DNA from: Thermoproteota archaeon
GTDB taxonomy: Archaea > Thermoproteota > Thermoprotei > Thermofilales > B9-G17
Length of the DNA stretch: 64,000 nucleotides
Direction: 5' to 3'
NCBI GenBank assembly: GCA_029258885.1
Contig: JAPDJW010000001.1
Span: 96,001 to 160,000 of the forward strand
This document shows, in pieces, positions 28,025-37,605 of this stretch. The notes under the pieces were generated by a model, which saw only the letters and a list, made by a program, of their open reading frames with translations, did no database searches and was not told the origin of the DNA. Position numbers and translations under genes: made by a program. The stretch's first letter is position 1. Each line of letters starts with the position of its first letter.

Positions 28025-28894
28025 GTGAATATATTGACAATATATGAAATAGCTGTTAATATAGCCTTAGGAATACTTTTTTCACTACTCATAGGGTTAC
28101 CGTCCTATAAAAAGGGATACGTGGATAAATCGGGTCTATTAACAGCAATGATTGTCGGAACACTCGTCTTCGTTGGGGGATGGCAATACTTCATAGTAAT
28201 TCTGGCTTTCTTTATATCCTCAAGTAAAATTACCAAATATAAATATGATATAAAGCTTGCAAGGCAGGCAGCTGAGAAATGGGCAGGGCGGTCATATATG
28301 CAGGTCATAGGGGCTGGCGGAGTAGCTGCATTGATGGGTTTAATACTTTTCCTCTTAAGGATATTCGAACATAGTTCGATGCCCGAGCTTATTGTTTACG
28401 GGCTTCTCGGAGCTATAAGTGCATCAAATTCAGATACGTGGGCCGTTGAAATAGGAGCATTATCGAATGAGGAGCCTGTACTCATAACTAATCCAACTAG
28501 AAGGGTTCCCCATGGAACTAGTGGCGGCGTAACGAAGCTCGGAGAGCTAGCAAGTTTCCTAGGAGCAACATTTATAGCAATAGTAGCAGCATTAATACTT
28601 TTCATTTTCCCCGACAGTATATTGCCAAATGAACCTTTACTAGTAGCAAAAATTTTCATAATAACATTTATTTCGGGTTTTATAGCTGAAAAGATAGATA
28701 GTGTGCTTGGAGCTACGGTACAGCTAAAATACTGGTGTCCTAAGTGTAATAAGGAGACTGATAACAAGATACATAAATGCGGTACAAAAACTAGATATTA
28801 TAGGGGGTATCGTATCATAACAAATGAGGTTGTAAATATACTGTCTACTACCGCTGGAGCGCTAATAGCAATATTTTTAGGAATGCTAGTATAA
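28025..28894 (+). CDS. DUF92 / TMEM19 family membrane protein
   Basis: FFISSSKITKYK, GRSYMQVIGAGG, NSDTWAVEIG, VPHGTSGGVT, DSVLGATVQ, TNEVVN. Confidence 0.9.
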   Translation: MNILTIYEIAVNIALGILFSLLIGLPSYKKGYVDKSGLLTAMIVGTLVFVGGWQYFIVILAFFISSSKITKYKYDIKLARQAAEKWAGRSYMQVIGAGGVAALMGLILFLLRIFEHSSMPELIVYGLLGAISASNSDTWAVEIGALSNEEPVLITNPTRRVPHGTSGGVTKLGELASFLGATFIAIVAALILFIFPDSILPNEPLLVAKIFIITFISGFIAEKIDSVLGATVQLKYWCPKCNKETDNKIHKCGTKTRYYRGYRIITNEVVNILSTTAGALIAIFLGMLV

Positions 28895-28974
28895 AGGTAC
28901 TACAATTAAGGCGCTATATTTCACCTACATGAGTCTCTTCGAGATGGTATCTCTATATTATTTCATCTTAACAA

Positions 28975-29421
28975 CTAATAAGAAGTTCTCTCTTTTAAGA
29001 TTCTAACTAAAAGCAGAATAGCCATAAAATTGGATGTTGTACTTACAATTAATGCCTCCAATATTCTGTTTATTAATAGAAGTAAAAATGAAGAGAATGA
29101 TAATGAGGATGTTAGGGCGATGTAAAGCAGATATGCTGGTATTGGCTTACATCCGATAAATATTAAGTTCTTCATGCCTTCCAAACGAACTGTTTTCTTT
29201 ATGGCATATTTTCCATCAGGTAATCTTTCTATAAGTTCCTCTTTCTCTAAAATTTTCAGATGATAAGCCGCCAAACTCGGACTGCTTAAGTTAAGTTTCC
29301 GCTGAAGCTCCCTTATTCCAATAGGTTTACCATGCATTAACATGAATTCGTATATTTTTACCGTCGTCCTAGAAAATTGCTTTTTAGTTCCTTTAGCCCT
29401 CAACTTCCCACTATCTGCCAT
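28975..29421 (-). CDS. Winged-helix regulator with C-terminal membrane anchor
   Basis: IGIRELQRKLNLSSPSLAAYHLKILEKEELIER...GKY followed by two hydrophobic segments. Confidence 0.75.
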   Translation of the reverse strand: MADSGKLRAKGTKKQFSRTTVKIYEFMLMHGKPIGIRELQRKLNLSSPSLAAYHLKILEKEELIERLPDGKYAIKKTVRLEGMKNLIFIGCKPIPAYLLYIALTSSLSFSSFLLLLINRILEALIVSTTSNFMAILLLVRILKERTSY

Positions 29422-29737
29422 TTTTAACTACCTGTAAAAAAGAGATAACAGCTGATAAGATTATCTATGGATATTGAAGTAGTAACTAAAAGCGCTTTCT
29501 CATATATATCTCTAAATAACCTAAACACAGTTTATCATGTTATTTTATATGGGTAAGGATGTAGACCCTTGTTTTATAGCTGTATATTTGTAAGGATATA
29601 AAAGAATGTTTTTACTTCCTGCTGTGCGTTAACAGGGTTTACGAGATCCTAGCTTTATAGTACTGATTTTAAGCTTCGATTAACCTATAAAATATTCTCG
29701 GCGTGAACGAAAGATAAATATATGTTGACTAAGAACA

Positions 29738-30151
29738 ATGAAGCCGATACTTAGTTTAAAACGTGATACTATGAGGGTTCCTCGTTCATTTCACGATAAA
29801 GTAAGACGCTTAGTCCAGGATATCATTTCAAGCGAATATTTTAATTACTTAGTAGTAGCATTAGCAGCACTGCTTATGAGCGGTGTGATATACGCGGTAG
29901 TGGAGCAACCCAGGGTAATGTGGGGGGATGTTTTCTTTTATCCGAGTACGCTAGGGCAGACATGGGCAGAGGTTATTATAATAGCTATGAGCTATATGCT
30001 CTGCTTTATAGGAATGTACTTAATATATAAGTCTCATAGGTATCTCTATGAACCTAAACATGCTAGTATTATGATGATTGTAGGAACATTGATACTATTT
30101 GTCTCATTAGTTCTTCTCATGATAATATATGGCGTAAAGAGAGGGTGGTAG
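29738..30151 (+). CDS. Three-TM protein resembling eukaryotic OST subunit OSTC/DC2 (OST3/OST6 family)
   Basis: LMSGVIYAVVEQP...FFYPSTLGQTWAEVIIIAMSYMLCFIGMYLIYKS parallels the DC2 pattern GGIIYDVIVEPP...GQYIMEG...LGFIILDRS as recalled. Confidence 0.55.
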   Translation: MKPILSLKRDTMRVPRSFHDKVRRLVQDIISSEYFNYLVVALAALLMSGVIYAVVEQPRVMWGDVFFYPSTLGQTWAEVIIIAMSYMLCFIGMYLIYKSHRYLYEPKHASIMMIVGTLILFVSLVLLMIIYGVKRGW

Positions 30152-30804
30152 ACTTACGCGGAAAAGAGATGGACAAGAGCTTTTTCTCCGTCTATCTTGT
30201 GTATGGCTATAATAATTTGGTTAAGTCGCTTGTAGCACTTCATTTAGGAGCAACTTTATGTAGTCTCTTAAGCGAATATGATATGCTGTTTATATCACCA
30301 GCAAAGTACCTGTCAAAGCACCATCTACGTATTTTATCCTTATATGGAATAGAGAAGCATTTTTCATTTATCCTAATGGAGGATCCTCTCGATCAGTACA
30401 ATATAGTAAATAGCTTACTACTTTTCTCATCAAGAAAGAATCTTATAGTAATACTAGATAATTTCACGATATTTCCTCTAAGAATCTACGGAAGTAGAAG
30501 GTTGAACCTAAAGTCTCAAAAGGCGTTTGTAGAACAGGCAGCAATGATCAAGCATATTAGTAGGAAAAACAATACGCCATTCATTTTAACAGCACCTGAG
30601 CATGGCGATAAACCCATGTACTGGCGTTTTATAGAAAAATACGTGGATCGACTTTATAGAGTTTCCATAGATGGAGAAATCGTGAAATTGACGATAGTTT
30701 CAAAAGATCTCTCTTTAATAGGGAGTTACGAGCTTGGAGAAATAGAGGATTTAGTTCAAGAAGATTTAAGAAAGCTAATGGTGAATATACTTGAGAGATA
30801 TTAA
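30145..30804 (+). CDS. Degenerate RecA/RadB-like protein
   Basis: LVYGYNNLVKSLVALHL at the Walker A position, IVILDN at Walker B, KHISRKNNTPFILT matching RadB topology. Confidence 0.5.
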   Translation: MVDLRGKEMDKSFFSVYLVYGYNNLVKSLVALHLGATLCSLLSEYDMLFISPAKYLSKHHLRILSLYGIEKHFSFILMEDPLDQYNIVNSLLLFSSRKNLIVILDNFTIFPLRIYGSRRLNLKSQKAFVEQAAMIKHISRKNNTPFILTAPEHGDKPMYWRFIEKYVDRLYRVSIDGEIVKLTIVSKDLSLIGSYELGEIEDLVQEDLRKLMVNILERY

Positions 30805-31450
30805 AAACCTGCTTCGTAACTCTAAAGTTTTAATAGTCATAGGTGACTACAAGGAATATCTAAAGCTAGATAAACTTATGGCTTTTCTTAGTTTGAAAGA
30901 TACAGAAGTTGTGCATATAGAAGATTTAGCTAAATTTAACCTAAGTTTCTTTGATATTATTTTAAGTACTAGAAAGATAGACTGTATTGAAGCGGATAAT
31001 GTGATTGTCATTAAAAATACCTTTCATACGTTGCTTGACATAGTCAGAGTATTGACTAACAAAGAGCGTTTGTCAAGGATTGTTTTAGGCTTAGACCCTG
31101 GAGCAAGCAAAAGCGGTATCGTAATTTTAGCGGATGGGGTATTAATTTACTCTTGTTCCATCAACAGAGAAGCAATTGGTAAAATTCGTGAGATATTATC
31201 AAGCCTAGCTACATATAAAAACGTTGATAAAATAACATTAAGGGTAGGTTTTCAAGGCTTAGATGTTTTAGCGGATTTTCTTAAGGAATCAGTCATTGAA
31301 GGAAATGATTTTATAGAGTTTGAGGTTGTGAATGAGGCTGATGTAAAGTGGATGAAAGATATCTATAAGGAGGTATTTAACGACCCGGATATCCTTTCAG
31401 CTTTTGTAATAGCTTCAAGCAAGGGGAAGCCCTACGAGAAAAGCACTTGA
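30791..31450 (+). CDS. Hypothetical protein with RNase H-like (YqgF/RuvC-type) motif
   Basis: IVLGLDPGASKSGIVIL and a later acidic VNE motif. Confidence 0.5.
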   Translation: MRDIKNLLRNSKVLIVIGDYKEYLKLDKLMAFLSLKDTEVVHIEDLAKFNLSFFDIILSTRKIDCIEADNVIVIKNTFHTLLDIVRVLTNKERLSRIVLGLDPGASKSGIVILADGVLIYSCSINREAIGKIREILSSLATYKNVDKITLRVGFQGLDVLADFLKESVIEGNDFIEFEVVNEADVKWMKDIYKEVFNDPDILSAFVIASSKGKPYEKST

Positions 31451-32115
31451 TGTATTCGCATAAGTTCGGGACCTGTTGTTTCGTCACCAACTATAGCACC
31501 GCGACTGTTGGCTATAATACCTAGTTTTATATATGGACTTCCCCTGTTGATTGTTCCTACATCTGCCTTCACATGTAGAACGCTTTCCAATATCTCTAGT
31601 TCATCATCAGAGGCTAGGGGATGAACTAAAGCTCCTCTATTGGTTGCAATAGCTATAGCACCTACTAGTGGAGAATTGGCCAGCTCCATGGATACAACTT
31701 CAACATTAAGGGTATCAGCTATTTGTACTCTTTCTTTCTTGCTAAAGAGAGGAGATATGATAGCGCCCCTATCATTTACTAGTATCATGTTTCCGATAGC
31801 AGTTTTCTTGCTGTTAAATACTGTCAGTCTATAGCCTAGTTCGTTAAATGTCTCCTGTAGATATTTTAGTTCTTCATCCGTTACTATAGAGGGTATTAGA
31901 GCCCCATAGGAGTTGCTTACAATAAATATCCCCAATAGTGAAGATCTTGCAATGCTACATCTCAATGCTTTAGTTTTAAGCACTCTCTTTATAGCCTCAT
32001 CTATTTTTTCCGGCGTGTCCGTTGGAATTAGCGTTACTTTTTCATCAGTATGAATATATGCACCTAGCGAGGAGGTACCATATATAGTATATTTCTCTAT
32101 TTGAACACTCATCAT
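31432..32115 (-). CDS. eif6: Translation initiation factor 6
   Basis: IGNMILVNDRGAIISP, GALVHP, GTINRGSPY, VGDETTGPELMRI. Confidence 0.95.
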   Translation of the reverse strand: MMSVQIEKYTIYGTSSLGAYIHTDEKVTLIPTDTPEKIDEAIKRVLKTKALRCSIARSSLLGIFIVSNSYGALIPSIVTDEELKYLQETFNELGYRLTVFNSKKTAIGNMILVNDRGAIISPLFSKKERVQIADTLNVEVVSMELANSPLVGAIAIATNRGALVHPLASDDELEILESVLHVKADVGTINRGSPYIKLGIIANSRGAIVGDETTGPELMRIHQVLFS

Positions 32116-32116
32116 T

Positions 32117-32425
32117 TCACTCTTCTTTTTCGGTTCCTTCACGGTACAATGTTACCTCTACATAACGTCGATCCATTTCCTCGTCATACACTTTCTTAGC
32201 TACAACCTTAATTCTTCTAGGAGGTTTCTCTATGCTTCTGGAAAATATGTATTCATTTACATCGTTCCGAATTACTATGTCATCATCTTTCATATGTCTC
32301 CTTATGAACTCCCGTATTATTGTTACGCATTTCTTACCTCTCTTCCGCCTAGAGGAATAGTATGCATCCCTTAGCGGAATTACATAAACTCTCTCTTCCT
32401 CTACCTTAAGCGGTGTCTCAGACAT
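32117..32425 (-). CDS. rpl31e: 50S ribosomal protein L31e
   Basis: ERVYVIPLR, REFIRRHMK, NEYIFSRSIEKPPRRIKV. Confidence 0.95.
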   Translation of the reverse strand: MSETPLKVEEERVYVIPLRDAYYSSRRKRGKKCVTIIREFIRRHMKDDDIVIRNDVNEYIFSRSIEKPPRRIKVVAKKVYDEEMDRRYVEVTLYREGTEKEE

Positions 32426-32437
32426 ATGAATCACCTA

Positions 32438-32593
32438 CTACAACTGCATACGGCTTCTTCTCCAATTTCTACTTATTATCCTACCTCTAACCTTACCTAA
32501 CGTCTTTGCAACAACCCATATTGGAACGGGTACATTTTGCTTTAGTGCACGCGCCAATCTCTTCTTCTTGCCAAGCGTTTTATACCTGGCCAT
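32438..32593 (-). CDS. rpl39e: 50S ribosomal protein L39e (51 aa; not in ORF track)
   Basis: MARYKTLGKKKRLARALKQNVPVPIWVVAKTLGKVRVRGRIISRNWRRSRMQL. Confidence 0.93.
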   Translation of the reverse strand: MARYKTLGKKKRLARALKQNVPVPIWVVAKTLGKVRGRIISRNWRRSRMQL

Positions 32594-32796
32594 AGCCTTC
32601 TCCTCTGAAATCCGACTGATCTGCTACTGGTTATAGAGACACAACCATATTTCAATAACTATCTTATTTATCTATCGGGTGCCTTATAGTAATATTAAAG
32701 TGCATAATTGTTGTTAATAACTAGTAGCAAATGCGTAAACTATATATAGAAGCGCTAATATGCATTTTTCGGATTATTCTAACGAGGTGTAAATGT

Positions 32797-34434
32797 ATGG
32801 CGGCTCCGGCTCAAGCAATTCCCGTATTATTGTTAAAGGAGGGAACTACAAGAACTGTTGGAAGGGATGCTAGAAGAACAAACATTTTAGCTGCTAGAAT
32901 TATTGCAGAAACTCTAGCTTCTTCACTTGGTCCTAGAGGTATGGATAAACTTCTCGTTGATTCATTCGGTAGTGCTACGATAACAGGAGATGGCGCCACT
33001 ATTCTAAAGGAGATGGATGTACAGCACCCAGCTGCAAAGATGCTTGTTGAGGTAGCTAAAGCTCAAGACGATGAAGTCGGCGATGGAACAACATCGGTAG
33101 TAGTATTAGCAGGCGAATTCCTAAAGAATGCAGAAGAACTCCTAGATTCTGATATTCATCCAACTATCATTACTGAAGGATATGAAAGGGCGTTAGAATA
33201 CCTACTTAAAGAGATAGATAAAATAGCCGTCAAGGTAGATCCTCTAGATGTTAATGTTCTGAAAGAGGTGGCTAAAACAGCCTTATCCAGCAAGGTCGTC
33301 GCACAATATAAAGATTTTCTAGCAGACTTAGCTGTTAAGGCTGTCCTACAAGTAGTGGAGAAAACCGATGATGGTAAGTATAAGGTGGACCTAGATAACA
33401 TTAAAATCGAAAAGAAGAAGGGTGAATCTATTGAGGAAACAATGCTAATAAATGGCATAGTTCTAGACAAGGAAGTCGTGCATCCAGGAATGCCTAAGCG
33501 AGTAGAGAACGCAAAGATAGCATTAATAAATGCTCCACTGGAAATAGAGAAGCCTGAATGGACGGCTAAAATAAACATTACAAACCCGGAGCAGTTAAGG
33601 GCATTCCTAGATCAAGAGGCAGCACTATTAAAAAAGATGGTTGATAAAATAGCTGAAGTAGGAGCTAATGTTGTCATTACCCAGAAAGGCATAGACGACT
33701 TAGCTCAGCATTTCCTAGCTAAGAGAGGAATCCTAGCTGTAAGGAGGGTCAAGAAGTCTGACATGGAGAAGCTAGCTAAAGCCACTGGAGCTAGGATTGT
33801 AACAAGCATTGAAGATCTTACACCTGAAGATTTAGGCTATGCAGGTCTTGTGGAGGAGAGAAAAGTAGCAGATGATAAAATGGTGTTCGTAGAGGAGTGC
33901 AAGAATCCTAAGGCTGTAACAATCCTCGTAAGAGGTGGAGCTGAACACATAGTTGATGAAACAGAGAGAGCTCTTCATGACGCACTCTGCGTGATAAGAA
34001 ATGTTGTTCAGGAGCCGAAGATAGTAGCAGGTGGAGGCGCTATTGAAATAGAGCTTGCAAGGAGGCTGAAAGAGTTTGCTAAGTCTCTCGGAAGCAAGGA
34101 ACAGCTAGCCGTAGAGGCATACGCTGAAGCGCTAGAGAAGATACCTACAATTTTGGCTCAGAACGCTGGTATAGAGCCTGTCGACGCAATAGTTGAGCTT
34201 AGAAACAGACATGAAAAGGGAGAAGTATGGAGTGGTGTTGATGTTATAAACGGTAAAATAAGCGATATGATGAAGCTGAATATAATAGAGCCAGCGATAG
34301 TAAAGAAACAGACAATAAAGAGTGCCACCGAGGCAGCGATAATGATATTAAGGATTGACGATATAATTGCAGCGGCTCCTCCAAAGGAGAAGAAAGAGAA
34401 AGGATCGGAGGAGAAAACTCCTGGCTTTGAATAA
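32797..34434 (+). CDS. ths: Thermosome (group II chaperonin) subunit
   Basis: [32 protein letters not shown]; start moved to ATG 32797 after the GAGGTG RBS. Confidence 0.97.
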   Translation: MAAPAQAIPVLLLKEGTTRTVGRDARRTNILAARIIAETLASSLGPRGMDKLLVDSFGSATITGDGATILKEMDVQHPAAKMLVEVAKAQDDEVGDGTTSVVVLAGEFLKNAEELLDSDIHPTIITEGYERALEYLLKEIDKIAVKVDPLDVNVLKEVAKTALSSKVVAQYKDFLADLAVKAVLQVVEKTDDGKYKVDLDNIKIEKKKGESIEETMLINGIVLDKEVVHPGMPKRVENAKIALINAPLEIEKPEWTAKINITNPEQLRAFLDQEAALLKKMVDKIAEVGANVVITQKGIDDLAQHFLAKRGILAVRRVKKSDMEKLAKATGARIVTSIEDLTPEDLGYAGLVEERKVADDKMVFVEECKNPKAVTILVRGGAEHIVDETERALHDALCVIRNVVQEPKIVAGGGAIEIELARRLKEFAKSLGSKEQLAVEAYAEALEKIPTILAQNAGIEPVDAIVELRNRHEKGEVWSGVDVINGKISDMMKLNIIEPAIVKKQTIKSATEAAIMILRIDDIIAAAPPKEKKEKGSEEKTPGFE

Positions 34435-34693
34435 ATTAGAGAAGAAAAAAGGCATTAAAATAATATTAGGACCTCCTAAATTAACGAGATACGAGAAAGC
34501 CCGTATTATAGGGGCTAGGGCTCTTCAGCTAGCTCTTGGCGCCCCTCCACTTGTAGATATCGAGGAACTTAAAGTTAAAGATCCAATAGAAATAGCGCGT
34601 ATAGAGCTCGAGATGGGAGTACTACCTATCATAATAAGAAGAAAACTGCCAGGAGGAGAGTTTCAGGATATACCCTTAAAATATCTTTTATAA
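34427..34693 (+). CDS. rpoK: RNA polymerase subunit Rpo6 (K)
   Basis: [26 protein letters not shown]; TTG start overlapping the thermosome stop. Confidence 0.93.
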   Translation: MNKLEKKKGIKIILGPPKLTRYEKARIIGARALQLALGAPPLVDIEELKVKDPIEIARIELEMGVLPIIIRRKLPGGEFQDIPLKYLL

Positions 34694-34712
34694 AAATAGT
34701 AAAACTTTAATT

Positions 34713-35063
34713 CTAACCCTTTTTTATTTCGATCATTTTACTTTTAATTACTACTTCGATTATATCTCCTATTTCTGGCTTCTCGGGTAATCTATCCCAC
34801 TCATCCTCTGTTAAAAGTATTGTTAACCTAGGTACAGTAAACTTTCCACCACTGAAAATAGGCAATGATTTCATTATCTGTGATATTACCGGTGCAATTT
34901 CTCTAGATAAAGTATCATCTTTCTTCTGATGTATTATCACCGGACCAGGTATATCTTTCTCTTCCATTAGTTCAAGTTTAATCATATTTTCTCCTAATGG
35001 ATCCTTTATAATGCTCTTACTCGTTAAAATAGCCTTAAATTTTACTTCAATCATTTTACTCAA
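34713..35063 (-). CDS. Arcadin-1-like protein
   Basis: DPLG..IKLELMEEKDIPGPVI...SREIAPVISQIMKSLP...TVPRLTILLTEDEW..KPEIGD resembles arcadin-1 as recalled. Confidence 0.65.
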   Translation of the reverse strand: MSKMIEVKFKAILTSKSIIKDPLGENMIKLELMEEKDIPGPVIIHQKKDDTLSREIAPVISQIMKSLPIFSGGKFTVPRLTILLTEDEWDRLPEKPEIGDIIEVVIKSKMIEIKKG

Positions 35064-35580
35064 CTTTTACAGTAAATCCCCTGCCCCCTTTCTTCTCAAG
35101 CTTTTCGACAGTTATCGTTAAAACCCCATTCTTATATTGTGCCTTTGCAGTTTCAGGTCTGATTTTTTCAGGTAAAACAACGCGCTTGTAGTATTTCCTA
35201 TCGCCTCTTCTCGCAGATACTTCTATTACATCCTCTGTAGCCTCCACATTTATATCCTCTTTCTCTACTCCTGGCATATCAATTACTATTTTAAACTTAT
35301 CCCTTTCGTCTATCACATCAGTGAATGGCTCTAGTTCTTCAGTTATATGCGGTCTAATGACTCCAGGCTTTATATTACCCCACTCCCTTATCCTAGGAAT
35401 ACCGTCAGGACCTATTGTCATCGAAAAGCCGTATACATAAGGTCCAAATCTTCTAACTCGTCGCTCCTCAGGGGGAAGTGACATGGATTCTCTTATCATT
35501 TCATCTATTAACCTATCTATTTCCTCAAAAAACCTCCTAGTCCTTTTCCACCATTCATCGAATTCGGACAAGTATTTCAC
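35056..35580 (-). CDS. hsp20: Small heat shock protein
   Basis: GPYVYGFSMTIGPDGIPRIREWGN, EPFTDV, DMPGVEKEDI, AQYKNGVL. Confidence 0.95.
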   Translation of the reverse strand: MKYLSEFDEWWKRTRRFFEEIDRLIDEMIRESMSLPPEERRVRRFGPYVYGFSMTIGPDGIPRIREWGNIKPGVIRPHITEELEPFTDVIDERDKFKIVIDMPGVEKEDINVEATEDVIEVSARRGDRKYYKRVVLPEKIRPETAKAQYKNGVLTITVEKLEKKGGRGFTVKVE

Positions 35581-35648
35581 CCACTCATAATACTTACTCT
35601 GTCTAAAATTTAAAGGTATCCTTACTAGTCAATAGTTTTTTCACAATA

Positions 35649-35740
35649 TGCCCCGGCCGGGATTTGAACCCGGGTCTCTGGCTCGAAAGGCCAGTATACT
35701 TTAGGCCCCCGCAGGGCTGACCTGGCTATACGACCGGGGC
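35649..35740 (-). tRNA. tRNA-Glu(TTC) with 17-nt D-loop intron (35701-35717)
   Basis: GCCCCGG/CCGGGGC-A; CTGGC-CTTTCGA-GCCAG; excision gives GTATAGCCAGGTCAAGTATAC. Confidence 0.94.
35701..35717 (-). other. BHB tRNA intron at position 20b/21
   Basis: AGGT:GCCT helix, bulges CA|G and AA|A, inner helix CCC:GGG. Confidence 0.88.
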
Positions 35741-35865
35741 TTATCTAAAATACAATAAAAGAGCAAAATATATTTTTCCCGTATAGTTCAGCCTCGTAAT
35801 TTAGGTTTAAAGTTTAAATTTACTATAGAAGCAGCTTGCTGCATCTTAATCTACTGATGGAAATA

Positions 35866-35970
35866 TGCGGCCGCCGGGATTCGAACCCGGGTCGCTGGCT
35901 TGCTCCAGATGACTTCGGGAGGCCAGCGTCCTATTCTGGGAGGAATCTGTCCAGGCTAGACGACGGCCGC
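35866..35970 (-). tRNA. tRNA-Gly(CCC) with two 15-nt introns (35934-35948 in D-loop; 35901-35915 at 37/38)
   Basis: GCGGCCG/CGGCCGC-A; BHB1 CTGG:CCAG with AC|A and AA|T; BHB2 CTCC:GGAG with CG|A and CA|A; mature length 75 nt. Confidence 0.92.
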
Positions 35971-36122
35971 TATATTACATCTTAGAGCAATGCCTAATAA
36001 ACTTTTGGCCGAAGGTTCCTTCTTAGTAAATATTGGGAAGAAGCCGTAGTAAAAAGATTTAAATGTCTCCTGGTATTAAGGATAATCGGTAAGGAGGTTA
36101 CAATTAGTAGGAGGTTATTATA

Positions 36123-36527
36123 TTGTCTTCAAACAAGGAGGAGTTCGAGCCGGCACAGTGTCCTTGTGGCAGGATAATCTCTCATCCTAGTGAGTACAAG
36201 CTATTGTTTCTGAAAAAAGAGCAGAACGAGATAGACATACTGTGTCCTAACGATACATGCTACCTCAGAGAATTAGGTTATATCACCTTTAGGATCGATG
36301 ATGACGGAAATGTTAAAGTTGAAAAAATCAGCTTCTATCCACCATTCGTGACTTGGAATGTAGGAAGAATGGGTAGAGAGAAGGCGACTAAAGTATTAAA
36401 AGCACATCTTAGATGGATAGTGAAGAAGGGAGTAGATTGGGAGAAAATAAAGGAGGATTATATGAAGAGAAGTAGAGAAAGGGAGGAAGAGGAAATAGCA
36501 GTTACAGAGGAAGAGATTACAGAATAA
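36123..36527 (+). CDS. Conserved hypothetical protein, probably Zn-binding (TTG start)
   Basis: CPC...LCPNDTC, FYPPFVTWN, acidic tail; GGAGG RBS. Confidence 0.7.
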   Translation: MSSNKEEFEPAQCPCGRIISHPSEYKLLFLKKEQNEIDILCPNDTCYLRELGYITFRIDDDGNVKVEKISFYPPFVTWNVGRMGREKATKVLKAHLRWIVKKGVDWEKIKEDYMKRSREREEEEIAVTEEEITE

Positions 36528-36619
36528 ACAATTACATTCCCTTACATATAAAGCTCTTCCGGTAGCTGACGGAAAATATAAATTTATGTAACATTATTTC
36601 TTGAAGTCAATACTACGAG

Positions 36620-37087
36620 GTGATTAATCTGGTTACAGTAAGGGATGTACCCGCTGATATATTCATTGAAACCCTAGCTAAATATCTAAAGGAAAACATA
36701 AAGGAGCTCAGACCCCCAGAATGGGCACTATTCGTCAAAACGGGTTGCCACGCCGATAGACCACCTGACGACCCCGACTGGTGGTATAAAAGGGCAGCAT
36801 CTATTCTGAGAAAGCTATACCTACACGGACCTGTAGGCGTCGAGAGACTTAGAACAGCATACGGCGGCAGAGTAGATCTAGGCGTAGCCAGGAAACACGT
36901 GAAAAAAGGAGGGGGATCCAATATTAGGAAGATACTACAACAGTTGGAGGCCGCCGGTCTCGTAAAGAAGCTAGACAAAAAGGGGAGAATACTTACTCCG
37001 GAAGGACAATCCTTATTGGATAGAATAGCAACTAAAATATTTAGAAGACTAGTACATGAGCGTCCCGAGCTAAAGAAATACCTCTAA
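36620..37087 (+). CDS. rps19e: 30S ribosomal protein S19e
   Basis: [43 protein letters not shown]. Confidence 0.97.
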   Translation: MINLVTVRDVPADIFIETLAKYLKENIKELRPPEWALFVKTGCHADRPPDDPDWWYKRAASILRKLYLHGPVGVERLRTAYGGRVDLGVARKHVKKGGGSNIRKILQQLEAAGLVKKLDKKGRILTPEGQSLLDRIATKIFRRLVHERPELKKYL

Positions 37088-37105
37088 ATACTAAGACATA
37101 AAGAG

Positions 37106-37453
37106 GTGAAGCGCTTGTCAGAATACTACGACAAAGAGCTAGAAGAAATAAAGAGAAGAAAATTGCTAGAATACCAACGAATGCTTAAAAGAGCCGAAGA
37201 GGAAGAGGCACGAAGAAGATTAGAAGCAGAAAAAGAAGCACTCCTCAGAAGAATATTAACACCAAAAGCAAGACAAAGACTAGCCAACCTAAAGCTAGTG
37301 AAGCCACAGTTCGTAGAATCGCTAGAACTCCAACTAATACAACTAGCACAAACAGGAAGAGTTGAAATACCAATAACAGACAAAGTACTAAAACAAATAC
37401 TCATAAGGCTAACAGCATCGGAACGAAAAGGAAAAATCATATACTACCGATAG
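37106..37453 (+). CDS. PDCD5/MTH1615-like DNA-binding protein
   Basis: [49 protein letters not shown]. Confidence 0.93.
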   Translation: MKRLSEYYDKELEEIKRRKLLEYQRMLKRAEEEEARRRLEAEKEALLRRILTPKARQRLANLKLVKPQFVESLELQLIQLAQTGRVEIPITDKVLKQILIRLTASERKGKIIYYR

Positions 37454-37491
37454 GAAAAATTTATAACACACAAACACAGCATATATCAACA

Positions 37492-37566
37492 GCCCCGGTC
37501 GTATAGTCCGGACGAGTATACCGGCCTGTCGAGCCGGAGACCCGGGTTCAAATCCCGGCCGGGGCG
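37492..37566 (+). tRNA. tRNA-Asp(GTC), intronless
   Basis: GCCCCGG/CCGGGGC-G; CCGGC-CTGTCGA-GCCGG; CCGGG-TTCAAAT-CCCGG. Confidence 0.96.
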
Positions 37567-37605
37567 TTTTACTTTTCCAATTTCTTGCTCTGATTTTTGG
37601 TGTTT

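Noticed and set aside
35650-35680. Sequence identical to the tRNA-Asp 3' half (37538-37565) as a possible att site or inversion repeat
   Set aside because: It is just the shared T-arm and acceptor of tRNA-Glu and tRNA-Asp.
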